The notes under the pieces: generated by a model
Seen by the model: only the letters and a program-made list of their open reading frames with translations
Told to the model about the DNA's origin: nothing
Databases searched by the model: none
In this document: piece after piece, positions 11,546 to 24,500 of the stretch
Layout of the letters: each line of letters opens with the position of its first letter
Numbering within the stretch: position 1 is the stretch's first letter
Position numbers and translations under genes: made by a program
Source: Takakia lepidozioides
Lineage: Eukaryota; Plantae; Bryophyta
Assembly: GCA_030704615.1 (NCBI GenBank)
Contig: CM060732.1
Span: 43,214,001 to 43,278,000, forward strand
DNA length: 64,000 nucleotides
Reading direction: 5' to 3'

Positions 11546-13625
11546 TGACTGTTTCTCGCCCTTCCGGCTTCACATTATAACTGGTCACCTTGCTGTTCAG
11601 GTCTGTGCTCCATGTCACATTGGCAATTTGATTGATTGCTTGATACAGCCTGTGTCTACAATAAGGTGCCACAGCCAATAGCTGTCCAATGGTAATCTCC
11701 GCTTTGGACTGGCATATTACTTTAGCCAAAGTCCCTTCATTACTCTGCATGTCTACAGCTTCTTTCTTCCCTTCATCCTCACTCGCTTCCTCTTCTCTTT
11801 CAGAATCAGAGGAATCTGTCATAGGAATATCAGTACTCTTCTGCATTTCCCTTATGGTATCTGCCACTTCCTTGTGCAGTTCCTTCTCATCTCTCCAAGC
11901 CTCATCATCTTCAGGCACATCACTGCCATCCTCATTATCATCACCTTCCTCATCTACTGGAGGTATTATTTTGGCTTTGCTTCTGATACTATCATTGTAC
12001 TTACTTATGGTACAACACATGGCCTAACCATGTGAGCTGCCACCACTGGCCCCTCATTCACAGGAGCTCTCATCTCATTCTGGTGTCTGATCTAGAATGG
12101 ACAGGCTGCCTTGCGATGACCTAACTGATTACAATAGTAACACAGTTCTTCCCCATTAGATCCTTCCCCTTGGTCTGTTCTGGGATTGTTTCTGTAATCC
12201 TGATTCCCTGGCTGGTAATTCCCCCTTGGATTACCCTGATAGTTGCCTCTGGATTTCCTTGGTAATTCCCTCTTGGATTACCTCTCCCTTCCATGCCATT
12301 GTTATAACCACCAAGCCTACCATAGTGGTCCCGATCACTGTTTCTTCTTGGCTGGGGCTGCACTTGATGCACCCTTACTTGCCTAGGTTCTCTTGCAGTT
12401 GTCCTTCTGTTGTAGTAACAATTCTCAGTAGAATGGTTATCCATTTTACAGATAGTACAGTGTTTCTCCTTCATGTGGCATTCAGTGGTGGTATGGCCTT
12501 CATTCTGGCATTTTGCACACCAAACACCCTTCCTCCAATGTGTTGCAGCCTCTGTGGCATACTTCTTCGAGATTTCTTCTAATCTTTTCTCATAGTTATC
12601 CCTCTTCAACTTTTCCTTCCTCTTACTCTTCCTCTTAAGCTCTTGCTCTTCTTCCTCATCTGACTCATCCTCAGAGTCCTCATCATCCCTTTTCTCTCTC
12701 CTGAGCATTCCTAATTGTTCAATTTTGTTCGCTGTTTCAAATGCCTCCTCCACTGTATTATGGGGTAACATATCCACTTTCTTTTGCAACTTTGGTCTTA
12801 GTCCACTCACAAACCAAGTCTTCTGTAAACCTGGTGCTGGTACAGCAGCCAGCTTTTTCATCATCAATTCCATCTTTTCCATATACTCCTCAACAGTTTC
12901 ATACTTGTTTTGCTTTAACTGTTGTAAACTTCCATACACTTCATCCTCAGTTTTACTTGTCCTAAACCTATTTCGGAATGCTGTATTCAAGCCATTCCAG
13001 GTTAGGAAATGATTATCAGGGAATCTTGCATACCACTTGCTTTCTTGATAAGTGAACAAGGAAACAGTCTCATCTTTGCATCATCGCCATTCTCATTCTT
13101 CACAATACACATGTGCTCAAATTGGCTAATGTGTACATCAGGATCCCCTTTTCCTGAATATATTGGAAAAGGTGGTTTTGCCCGTGTTGGTTGTAACGCC
13201 ATCTGTGGCCCTACCTCCTGCTCACTGACAGGTGCTGGCCCCCTTGCTGGTACTGGTCGTTGAGAACCTGTTGTAGTTGTGGTGGAACTTTCACCAAGTG
13301 GTGGCCCTTGAGCACTCCCTGCTACTGGCCCCACGATATTCACAGTATTCCCAGCTCCAGTTGCACTACTTCCCACACTCCCTGTCCCCCCAGAGCTAGA
13401 TCCAGGCTGCCCGCCTGATCCCCTTGAGCCGACACCTTCGTTGGCCTGTGATCCAAGTGCTCCACTTGATCCAGGTCCAACGGGTTGGGATGTCCTGGTT
13501 GTAGTCTCAACCTCAGCTGTTGGATCTACTTCTTCATACTCTTCCTCTTCCAATTTCTTCTCTCTATTTTCATCCTCCAAGTTCTGCCCTTGGGTTTCTT
13601 CTTCACTCATGTAACTCAACTGCAA
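11535..13625 (-). pseudogene. Gypsy gag (retrotransposon gag domain, zinc knuckles), frameshifted
   Basis: YSGKGDPDVHISQFE..KMRLFPCSL; TWNGLNTAFRNRF; CAKCQNEGHTTTEC and CTICKMDNHSTENC. Confidence 0.85.
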
Positions 13626-14620
13626 TGGTGTTGGAGAGTCTGAACTCTATCCGTTGGCTCTGCCACATCCTCTCATCTTTCTTCATCTTCCGTCTCAGAA
13701 ACTGGAGTTCCTGCTTTTGGTGTTCCATGCCAACTCTTATCAAAGATTTCTGTCAAATCTTTTATCCAGGGATGTACCTCAGATCTTTCACCTGGTTGAT
13801 CTTCTTCCAGTACCAATTCCCTTAATATTTCTTGCAAAGAAAAAGAAGGAGTGGCATCCAACTCTAGTTCTTCTGGTATGGGTGATGTACTTTCTGATCT
13901 TAATGGTGTGAGAGGTCCAGATGATTCCCCTATGTCTATTCCTCTCTCCCAAAAATATAGATAATTAGGTTTTAGATAACTTTCTCTTTTTGCTGAATAT
14001 CTCTGGAGTCTAGCTTCTCTTTCATCACTCATGTCCCATGTCTTTCATTTCTTTAATGTGGCAATAACCAAAACTCTCTTCTGTAGTATCTCTCGTATAT
14101 GCCTGGGTTTCTTTCAAGCTTCAATGCACCCTTGGCTATACTAGAAGTCTCCGTTACCATATAACCATATGGCAAACAAGTCTGGAAAGCTGTTCTTGGT
14201 GTGAGTTTGATCCACAAAATATCCTTTGGAATCCAATTCTTTATCAGTACAAGCTCCTCATGCATATGAGTATAAACATTCACCTTCCTTTCCTCCCAAC
14301 CTTCAAACTCTACTCGCTTAATGGATAACAATGCTATCACATAAACCAGTGTTGATAACCAACGTGCTCTTCCTCTACAGGCCACCTGATAAATCTTTAT
14401 CACTCCTTTCTCCAGACCCCACTCAGGGTCAGCATCATGCACTCTCTTAAGAATGTTTTCTTTACAACCGTCTGGCAATTCCAAGAACCTCTGAAAGAAT
14501 TGTTTGGACAATCTTTCCTTCTCAGTTTCACAGGGAATTTGATTCACATCAAATTCTTTAATTCTCCAACCACCATGATCCCACCAGATGTCTGTCACAT
14601 CTGGTTGTTCATGACCCAGG

Positions 14621-14638
14621 TCTCCAGTATGGTCGCCA
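14621..14638 (-). other. Primer-binding site (TGGCGACCATACTGGAGA), probably tRNA-Arg type
   Basis: TGG-initiated motif 2 nt after the LTR end ...GCCGCATGACA; tRNA identity is inferred from the TGGCGACCA start. Confidence 0.7.
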
Positions 14639-14640
14639 AA

Positions 14641-15075
14641 TGTCATGCGGCTTTTACTCACCCATCCCTTTGCTATCCGAGGTTGAAACTCCAAGATAGA
14701 AGAGTTGGATATCTCTAAGCACTCAGCCCGCTCAGTACAATCAGTCGTGACCTGCAGCTAGTGAATTATGGTTGTGCTCCCCATTTGTATTCCTTCTTGC
14801 CTTCATATTATCAATTTACCTTATCTGATACTGAAGCATCAGATTGCTTCAATATCTACTTAGTTCCAGTTAATCATGCATTCATTTCACAGCTTCACTC
14901 ATGTCTCTCTACACAATGTGCTTGTATCGAATAAGTATCAGATTATGATTTATCAGGTACCAGGCCAATGTCAAGGTGACTCTAATCTGCTCTACAGTAT
15001 CACTACAGCTCCGCATGTAATAAGCATCTACTGTTCATCTTTTCTCCTTCTCTGTGCCCTCGTTCTTGATCTCCG
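14641..15075 (-). repeat. 3' half of the Gypsy 5' LTR (truncated)
   Basis: Colinear homology with the solo LTR 24716-25537 (e.g. GCGGCTTTTACTCACCCATCCCTT, ATAAGTATCAGATTATGATTTATCAGGTA); ends in GACA next to the PBS. Confidence 0.85.
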
Positions 15076-15459
15076 CCTGATCTCCTCTTCCCATGACCCA
15101 GAAGCGCTCCCTGTGAAGTGTCCTTTACTTTACTTTCATTGTTTGGAGGTTGATAGTGAGGATACAGCATGTGCCCATGCAGATTATACCCTGACATGGC
15201 AAGATACTGCGGGTACATAAGCGGATACAAGGGAGGAGCCGATATTGGTGGATACAAGGGAGCTGGAACGTCAGTCTGTGGAGTGGGCGGGGCTGGTTTT
15301 TCGTAAGTTGGAACAACCGCGCCACTCATCACAGCAGTTGGCGCAATAGTTGGTGCACACTTTGCTGGAGTAAGAGACTTATGCTCGTTTGCATCCTTCC
15401 CTGCAATTCCCTTCCTTTTTTTGACTGAACTCTGCACACATTGCTCAACATAAACATGA

Positions 15460-17264
15460 GAAACAATACCACCATACTACTAGGGATGGCAAACCTAGTG
15501 GGTAAGCCAAGCCCAAAGGCCTATGCAAGAAGACCCTGTCAGTCAGACCTGCCTATAACAGTGAGGAGTCTTCTAAGGAATGGAAGGGTACACTGGAAAT
15601 GACTGTCTACAATCCAAGACAACCCTGAAAAACTGGAGTACATCACAAAGGGGTACAACGTGCCCATTAGTTCTTCTGGGATTGTTGAAGCAATAGAACA
15701 TCTAAAGGGCTATAAAGCTGGTGTGTCTGATACGATTGTCAAGCCTGGTGTGATCATATGGTAGATGCCCTTGCACTCCTCTTTGACCTTATTTGGAAGA
15801 CTGAAATGATACCCTTTCGCTGGAGAGAGGGTGTCAGTGTCAATCTAAGGTGACAGATGATAGCCTGGGAACTTTCATAGCATTACACTTCTTACCACAG
15901 TTTGCAAGCTGTTCTGTATGATAATAAGCACCCATCTTGAGGTTGATTTGGAGTCTGCAAGTGTTTTCCATGAAGGTGAGGCAGGCTTCCTGGGGGCTGT
16001 GTCAACCATGTCCCTGAGCTGGCCTATTCAAGGAAGGAAAAAAGAAAGAAACCTCTAAGGAAACCTCTGTCCTAGAACGACACCTTCCTTCTACAAAGGT
16101 TTCCTTCCTTGACATCTTATGGTGCACGCGCTGACATGCTCTCCTGAGCACCAAAAGCTGAATGGATTCTAAAGTTTTAGCATGATTGGAGTTGGCCAAC
16201 CCACACGGCAGATGTGTACTCCAAGGCCTGATAAGGCCTGTTCTCTTCATAAGTGATGGTATGGCAGCATCACCCACCTGTAACCCAAATCTCTTGCTTT
16301 CCTAATTTTTAAGGGGCTGATAAACGAAAACATTGAAGAGCAGCGGGAGAAGGTACAACCTTGAGCTACACCTTGTCAATGTCAAAGAAATTAGACTTCT
16401 CGCTATTGACCACAACACAAGCTTTTGGTGTTCGCATGCAGGTTGTGAACCATCCTCCATATCTTTCCCCTGACCCCAGAAGCTGTAGAAACACTGACGT
16501 GGCTGCTCAGGGCGAGTTTGGAGTACCAGCCTTGAGCTCTCAACATGATGAGTTCAAGGTCAGATGGTACAGTCAGCTGAATCGCATGCCTCATACCAGC
16601 GACCCTATGATAAATACCTGAATATAGGAAGGAAGACTCACCCTGCTAGATGAATCTGACGTCGAGGCTGAAGTATCTAAGGCCATGTCAAAAGCATGAA
16701 GAATGTCCGAACAAAACAATGTTAGGCATAAACTTCCCTGAACTCGTTTCCAGTTTGTGACATGGGGTTAGGGACTTTGAGGATGATCTGAAGGGCAGAC
16801 CTACCCTTGGCACTAGACTGAAAATTTAACCTCAGGATGGGAGTCTACCTTTGAACAATAAACAGATGCAGAGAGGAAAGGGAGATTGTCAATGCTCACT
16901 AGTGTGGGTGGCCTGAAACAATGTCCATTTTCTGATACAAGTCCGGGGTATTCTCATCAGAGAGCGACCCTCTTCAGGACCATCAAGAACATAGTCCCTG
17001 CACCTCTGTTCACCAACTTTCAATATCTCAAGGCTGAGTCTAAAGCGGTGGCCCTGTTGGGGTCTCATTGCTTGGTAGCCCACATACAACATATTGATGC
17101 TTGTGTGAAGGGCTTTCTAAAAGGAATCTGGAAAGCCTGAACTAATGTTTATAACACGGTAAGTCCTACTACTGGAGTGAGCCCCTCATGTCTGTTCCCT
17201 CTTGTTCTGATGGGCACGGGCAAGGTCTGTGGCCACAAGGCTATTATAAGCAACTTCTCAGGAG

Positions 17265-17324
<60 letters not shown>
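15460..17324 (+). mobile_element. Highly degenerate non-LTR retrotransposon (LINE) fragment with 3' end and (TC)n tail
   Basis: 15600-15970 resembles 18440-18790 (AIEHLKGYKAG.., IPFRW.EGV); 3' terminal motif shared with 18840-18975; ends in a (TC)28 run. Confidence 0.65.
17269..17324. repeat. (TC)28 microsatellite
   Basis: Direct read of the sequence. Confidence 0.95.
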
Positions 17325-17325
<1 letters not shown>

Positions 17326-17329
17326 AAAG

Positions 17330-18975
17330 TCTCGAGGACGAAGGACCTCTTTGTGGTTGTGTTACATGCCCACATAGGGGACGCTTTGTGCTGATGCAGA
17401 CAAAGCCTTTGAAGATGTAAGCTGGACTGTGCCTCGTTCCTTGCCAAAGGTCAGGTGGTGCTATTGGGTGACTTCAATGCCCGGGTGGGCAAAGGGCTCC
17501 ATCAGGACGATATCATTGGACCTTTTGGTGAGGACGAACTGAATTCTAATGGCAGACGGTTAATTAACTGTCTAGAAGATCTTCAGCTTTTGACCTTGAA
17601 TAACAGGACAAGAGGTGACCAAGTGTAGCGGACTCGTGAGAAATCCCAAACTGGGGAACGTTCCATTGTGGATTATATCATAATGGACAAAAATTTGTTC
17701 CCCCAGTGTGCCAATGTGTTGATCGACATAACTGATATTGGTACCTCTGACCAGTTCCTGGTTTGGAATGAGATCAAAAGGTGTTTTCCCAACACCAAGA
17801 GATATGTGAAACATTCGATTCGGAAGTGGCGCATAGAAAAACTCCATAATGAGGAGGTCAAGGCTGAGTATGTCCAGGCCTTGCAAGAGGCTCTCCCTCA
17901 TTTTGTCCAATCGCTCCAAGAACTTCAGTCTCGCTCTGATAACGCAAGAAATGAAGTCGAACGAGCAGGGGACTCTTGGGAGAGTTTCGTTTCCTCCGTG
18001 GTTGACAAGATCATTGGGATGAAACTAATTGTCTGTGATAGAGCTGTTAATTGGTGGACCAATGAGATTAAACTCAAGATAGCTGAGAGACGAGCCCTCT
18101 ATAAAGAGTGCTGCAATTTGGAAACCAACAGAGAATTGTGGGCGAGGTACTACCAGCTCCGTAAAGAGATCAATCAGCTTGTTAGGTCTCAAAAGAAATT
18201 ATACTGGGACAAGTTATACAATGAAATAAACTCAAACCACCATGGTGGTAATGACAAGAAATTCTGGTTGGCCCTTCAACATTTGTACAAGCCGAAAAAC
18301 GGTCAGCAAGTACAAGTGTTGAAGACTACTAAAGGTGCAGTGGTGACTTCATCGGTTGACATTGTCAAAACCTTTGAAACTCACTACAGTATCCTTGGCA
18401 TAACTTCTAGGTCTAACAGTGAGGGGTCTTCTACTGAATGGAGGGACACAGTTGGAAAAACTGTTCCTATGATGCAAAACAGCCCTGATGAACTGGAGTA
18501 TATTTCAATGGCTTATAACGCTCCCATTAGTCCTTCTGAGATTGTGGAAGCAATTGAACATTTAAATGGATATAAAGCTGGTGGACCTGATGGTATTGTC
18601 AACGAGCTTATCAAGCACGGTGGCGATCCCATGCGGGTTGCCAACATAAATCAGGCGTTGGCGGAGACGGTTCAATCCATCAACTTCAAGACAGAATTCA
18701 ATCCCTAGTTCTCCTCTTTAACCTGATCTAGAAGACTGAAACGATCCCCTTTCGCTGGTGACAGGGCGTCATTGTCAATCTATACAAGAAGGATTTCTAG
18801 AGGATATCTGGAAAACCTGAATTAATTCTATATATGAAGGTAAGTCTTACTACCAACGTCAGCCCCTGACAGAGGTAGGTTCTATCCCTTTTGTTCCCGC
18901 TCAAACTGGGCGCGGGGTCAATGTCCACAAGGCTACGGCAAACAACATCTTATGAGTACAATCTCTCTCTCTCTG
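17330..18975 (+). mobile_element. LINE ORF2 fragment (AP-endonuclease C-terminus, linker, RT start) joined by internal deletion to its 3' end
   Basis: LLGDFNARVGKG..IIGPFGEDELNSNG; SIVDYIIMD; KAGGPDGIVNELIKHGG; 3' motif followed by a short (TC)n at ~18962-18975. Confidence 0.8.
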
Positions 18976-20124
18976 ATGAAAATGAAGTTAGACAAAGTGG
19001 CTTGTCACTACCGTTCATGTTGTTGTTCTTCTTGGTCCATGGATTGGTGAGAGACAATCACCAAGTCAAAACCACTATTCTCAGTTTATGGGTTCAAGAT
19101 GAAAAAGGAAAAAGAGGCAACATTTATATACCATCATGAAGGAGAGTCCAGCATACCATAAGAGTAGCAACACTCACATTGCTGAAAACAAAGGCACATG
19201 GTCCACAAGTTGAATTGGCAAAGAGATGTTGGAGGGTTTAGGGGTAAGGACTTCAAGTGCCTCTAGTGCTGCACTGTCTATTTGGCTTTGTTGAAGAAGA
19301 AGTATGACCCCCACAACTGTTGGCCTCATTACAATCCAGACCAAGCCAGAAAGCAGGCAACTGGAGTTGACATTCCAGTGAGCCTTTTCCCACCCAAATT
19401 CATATGCAAGACTCATGCCCAACAACCTTGCTGCAATTGTTTCTTACCCTCACTGCCTTTTCATATGCACATGGAGACAGAACTTTGGTGCAGATTGCAA
19501 ACCTGCTGATGGGTTGGGGAGTTTGCAGGGTGCTTTGCGCGCTTTGTCTTTGTTGGGGATTCTTTCATCGTTTCCATCTCTGACTCCGAGCTGGTCTCAT
19601 TCAAGTCTTCATGTGCGGCATAATCTTGGTATCGCTGCAATTCTTGCTCTCGTGCCTCCTCTGTGTCTGACTCCGCTTGAACCTGTGCTTCCTCCTCTTG
19701 CTCTACCTCTTTCTCCCGTTGTGACATTGCAAAGTGCAGGAGTTGAACTCTGTGACTTCGGCGAGGATGACCTGTGTGTTTGAGGATTTCCTCAACGAGG
19801 CGTTTAGGGCGACTCAAGCTCTCTTCGACGCTGCAAAGAAGAAGAAAGACAAAGTCAGCAGCTGCAAAACCCTAACATATCCTCTCTGCAGGTTTGGAGC
19901 TTTTAATGCGGTTTCATGGCTAGGGCTAGGTAGGGGATATGAAAAAAACGGAAGTTCGGACCTCTTTGCAATGTCGTAGATCTTCAGTCGTGCGAAGAAT
20001 GCCTTGTTCTCCGCTTGACGCTTTGCTCGTTCTACCTCCCTCGCTGTAGGCTTGCGCCCTGGTGTAACTTCTGGACACTCTATTTGGGTCTCCATTTCCT
20101 AACGAGTCTCACTCACTCGCCAAG

Positions 20125-21166
20125 ATGATCCCTCCTACTGCCCATCGATTGCAAAGGCGGACACAAGCAGAACATGACGATGACAAATTGTGGAAACTAG
20201 AGGAAGCGCGAGCAAGAAGACTGGGTCTTCGGAAAATTCTATGTCCATGCAATGCCTGTCATGGTGGGAACTGGCAAACCATTGGCCGGGCTAAGCGTCA
20301 TCTGCTTTTGAACTTGCGAGATCCTAACGTACGAGAACTCCCGGTGCATATCTCTGGATTCTCTTCCCTTTGCAGATGCATACTTTGAAATTATAAGAAA
20401 CAGTTCAAATTCCTGGTAGCGGTATTGTTGTAAGGTGTAGAGTATTGTACATGCCCGTTTTCCTATTGCCCCGTGCCTGTATAATGGCACGTTCCACATC
20501 CACTATTGCAAATGAAAAAACTCCCCATCTTATAGTGGATTGACATGTGGCGTCTGATATGTACTAAGCAGGAAAACTCTGGAGACGAACATGAGGGGTT
20601 TAGAACGGAAACCAGCCCTGCAGGTGGTCCTGATACCTTGGATCGTAATCTTGACATGCTTAGAATGCTCCGGGAGACATTCGCAACTATAGATAATGGG
20701 GTGCAAACTGGTGATGCACATGAGGAACCGGGAGATGGAACACAGGGCCAATGGGACACAGATGGAGTGCCAGAGCAGACTGATGGTCGACTAAAGAGCG
20801 ATGGTGATCGTGGTGCAGCGAGTGCCTTATGTTTTGAGCTCGAGGCATCCAGGGCTTTATATGTAGGGAGTTCTTCCTCTCGATTGTCTGCTACCTTACT
20901 GCTGTTAAATGCTTGTCAAACCCATGGTGTGTCAAACACCTTTGTCGATGAACTCCTTACATTGTTAGGAAGACAACTGTTGCCTGCAGACAATTGCCTG
21001 CCAAAGTCCCACTATGAGGCAAAACAACTCATAATGGAACTCGGGCTTCATTACGAGAGTATACATGCATGTCCGAAAGGCTGTGTGTTGTTCAGAAGGG
21101 AGCTTCAGAATTTGAAGGTTTGTCCAAAATGTCAGGCACGTCGTTATGTGGTGGGTACGAAGACAC
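20125..21166 (+). pseudogene. CACTA/En-Spm Tnp2-type transposase, 5' part
   Basis: Transposase-associated CPCNACHG..HL motif; LLPADNCLPKSHYEAK..IHACPKGCVLFR..CPKCQARRY; frame continues at 32037 once the insertion is removed (GTKTLVPRKVLRHFPIIPRL). Confidence 0.85.
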
Positions 21167-21588
21167 CACAGCGTAGCTACGGCGTGAGCCCAGCCCCGTG
21201 AGCCTGGGAGCTGAGCTCACGTTCAAGCTTTGAAGCGTGAGCTGAGCTCACGCTTCAGGGAAGCGTGAGCGGCACGAATCTGCTGGAGAAGCAGGTCCTA
21301 TAGGCGAGGATTGCAGGAAGAGGGCCTATTACCGTGGACAAAACAAAGGAGGCCACCATGCACCATGTCTGCAATGCGTGCCAAAAAAGAGGAATATGTA
21401 AATATGGCAGATTTGAGCTCAGAATGATTGACACAGTTTATTTCAATTCACAGAGAGACGCTTACAATGAATCGCAAGTGCATTTGCCCTGGTTCCGTGA
21501 ACGAAATGTATATGTTTGTCATAAAATGAAAAGTCTTCACACGGCAACTTGGAAACCAGCATGGGAAGCGGGCATGGCTCGTATGTGT

Positions 21589-24500
21589 TCAAAGAGAAGT
21601 TGGCGGAGCTCTACGCGAGGTGTCCCGCTGCAGAAGGGTGATGACTTCTCCGTAGCCTAGTGTGGGTTGGTGAATGAATTGGTCTCTCTTACCGTCGCAA
21701 CACATAATTACAAGGTATATGTAATATTGATGCTTGCAGGGGACCCACTTCCCTCTCATGCCGAGAGCGCCCTCACGCATCGTTACAAAATCCGGACAAG
21801 TGCACGAAGGGAAATTCCCGATGGTAACCTGATATTCTTTGGCATGAAGAACTGAGCCAATTGACAGCACTGTGTAAATCCGTCCATACCCCGGGGAAGG
21901 GACTTCGGTGATACGAGTCACCCTAGCCTGCAAAATTCTAGCCGATTCCATCTTGCATTCGTGATCTGCACCCGAAGCAACACGGCGCACTGTTTTTCCA
22001 TCTCTTTTTGTTGGGTGGGAGTCGGCACCGGGTGGAGGCATTGTCGGAGCATGTGGCACATCTGTGCCGACAGTGCATAAGGGCACCACCCGGGACCGTG
22101 CAAGACAAAACCCTCCCTCCTCCAGCATGCTTATCTCGGTTGAGGACAGCGATGTCCCAATTTTCACAGGCCAAATTGCGGGGGGAGGGGGCTTCATTAT
22201 CACGGAAGGACGAACTGTTCCCTTCACGCATCGTGCCATATCGTCTGGGCAGAACCAAAACTTGTGCTCTTTTGACTCCCCACTATGATAAGGTCGGAAC
22301 AACCCTGTGAATGTTGGAGCTGGAGTCCCCCTGGAGCCTTTGCATATTTTTGATTTGCATTTCTTGAATGACGGGGTCCGAATTGCCATGCAAGCCACTC
22401 TAGATCCTGGTGGGGTGCGTTCTATATGCCAGTCACTATCAATGCAATCAGATTCCTACACCATGGCCACCACCTCCTCCAATGGGATTTCCGCTGCTAT
22501 GCTTGCATGTTCTGCACCTGCTCCACAGGAGGAGGACCCACCTGGGAAGGGGCCGGCACAGGACTTAGTCTGCACTGGAGACACCTTTGGCACAGAGAAA
22601 TTGACCCTGTCTGGCCTATGGGAATCTCCATCTGACCCTGGAAGAGTGTTTAATTTCCTTTTGCATGATCCAAATCTTTCCTCGCCTTCCAAATGGGGGA
22701 GCCTGGATTGCAGAGGGGAGCCTTCAGTGCACCTGTTTAGAGCTCTGGCCATCTTTGACGGGTCTCCGGACCTACTCGCAGCCCTTAGCATCAACAAAGT
22801 CGTATCGGGGCCCTTCCCTCCACCCCGTCCCATCAGAAAATTGCGGTACCTGGTTTGTTGTGTAAGTGCCCGCACCATGTCATCAGCAGTGGCCACATAC
22901 AAGTCACGACCTGCTTTGGTAGACTGCTGCATCCAGGCGTTGTGAACAGTCTCTGCCAAATTACACGATGGCATGTCGGCCAAGTCCTCCAAGGACATGT
23001 CCTGCAGGAGGCATTGCATGGAAATGTGAGGAAGGAAAAGAAATGGTAGAGGTTCTTCAAGTGACAATCGAACAACCCCAAATGAACAGGCACGATGCAA
23101 AGTGCAATTTGTGTTGAAGGAAAACTTGTGAGGCTTACCGTCGTCATGAAAGCTCCCCACTGTCTGTACCTGAAGTGCCAGAAAACCAACCAGTCCTCCA
23201 ACTCCTTCAGGTGGATACCTGTAGCAGCACCAGAGGAGAACCACCAAGCCCGGATTGCCTGGTAAGTGCTCTCAGCTTCTCCCATTGAGGTGGCATTCTT
23301 GTACTTCAGACAGAGTCTTCTATGCTCCAACTGAAGGTCAGGGCGAATGCAGCGCTTTGTATGACGTGCCAGAGATTGACTCCAATGGAAGAGGCATGTG
23401 CGCTCCCTATTTTCCATTGGGACCTTAGGATCCCCCAAACCAAACACGCGCCGCACTGCATTGAAATTTGCCTGTGCACTATCAGCCATGAAGCCCGCAA
23501 AATTTGTGTTCTGTATTCCATTGCGCTGCATGACGGCCAGGAGGGAATTCCACATGAGCATCTGGGATTCAGTGTCCTCCGACTGCATATCACAAATTGC
23601 TATGCAGAGCACACGCTGGTACGCTGGATCATACACATGGCACGCCATGGTTGTCCAACCCTTCACCCGTTTGCAGTGATCAAACATTAACCAACATTTA
23701 GCCAAATCTCCTCCAGGTTGCATTCGGCGGACAATGCTCACACCACTGCCTTGGCCCACAGCGGACATTTTGAACAAATACACTTTGGACGAGCCCTGGC
23801 CTGGGAACATACTGTTTTGAATGAATTCATAGCGACTCCTCCGTTTGAGGTCCATAATGTTGTCCATGAATCCAGCAGTGCCTGTGCCCATTCTGAGTGC
23901 ATTCACCTGGTTTCGAATATTGGGAGAGCTCAACACGGAGAAATGGTCCATGACTGCCTCAAGGGAATCTGCATCCAGCATTGGTTGTGTCGCATCCCCT
24001 TCACCCAGTATGTGTTTTTCCAGGAATGCCTTGCTAGCTGCAAGCGCTATAGCAGAAGGTGTTGCACAAGGGGCATTGTGGAACTCTTGCTTCAGTAGAT
24101 TTCTAGCGATGTCCACGCTATCCCTGCAACTCCCTTTGGACACAGGATGCTCGTGTGCACCCATATGAATGCAGGCACGAGTCATTGTCTTGCATCGATG
24201 TGCCACCTGATACATGCGAGCGTGGCAAACAGAAACACAGGACGGGGAAAGTTTGCAGAACCTGCACACAAAAGTATTGGTCTTGGGAGGTGCAAGCCCT
24301 GGGGTGAAAGGATTCAGGGGCACACCTTCCCACTCACTTTCGTTTGGCTGAGCGCTGTTTCTCAGCCGAGGGCAAGAAATATTCAGGCACTTGCAATGCC
24401 CAACGCAAACCGACCTCCGAAATTTCAAGCCAATGTCGTTATGGATGTTCGACGTTTTTGTCCTGCACCAAGGATGTCCGTCATGTTTCTTGTCCATGCC

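Larger units (their letters stand above)
9285..15075 (-). mobile_element. Degenerate Ty3/Gypsy LTR retrotransposon (truncated 5' LTR, PBS, gag, PR, RT, RNase H; cut before integrase by element 1)
   Basis: Gag with CCHC knuckles; protease LIDGGSGVNI; RT YSFMDGFSG..MQVFLDDF; RNase H VHCDASG; PR-RT-RH order; many frameshifts. Confidence 0.9.

Noticed and set aside
17177-17447. SLSLSL/ERERER ORFs
   Set aside because: Translations of the (TC)n microsatellite.
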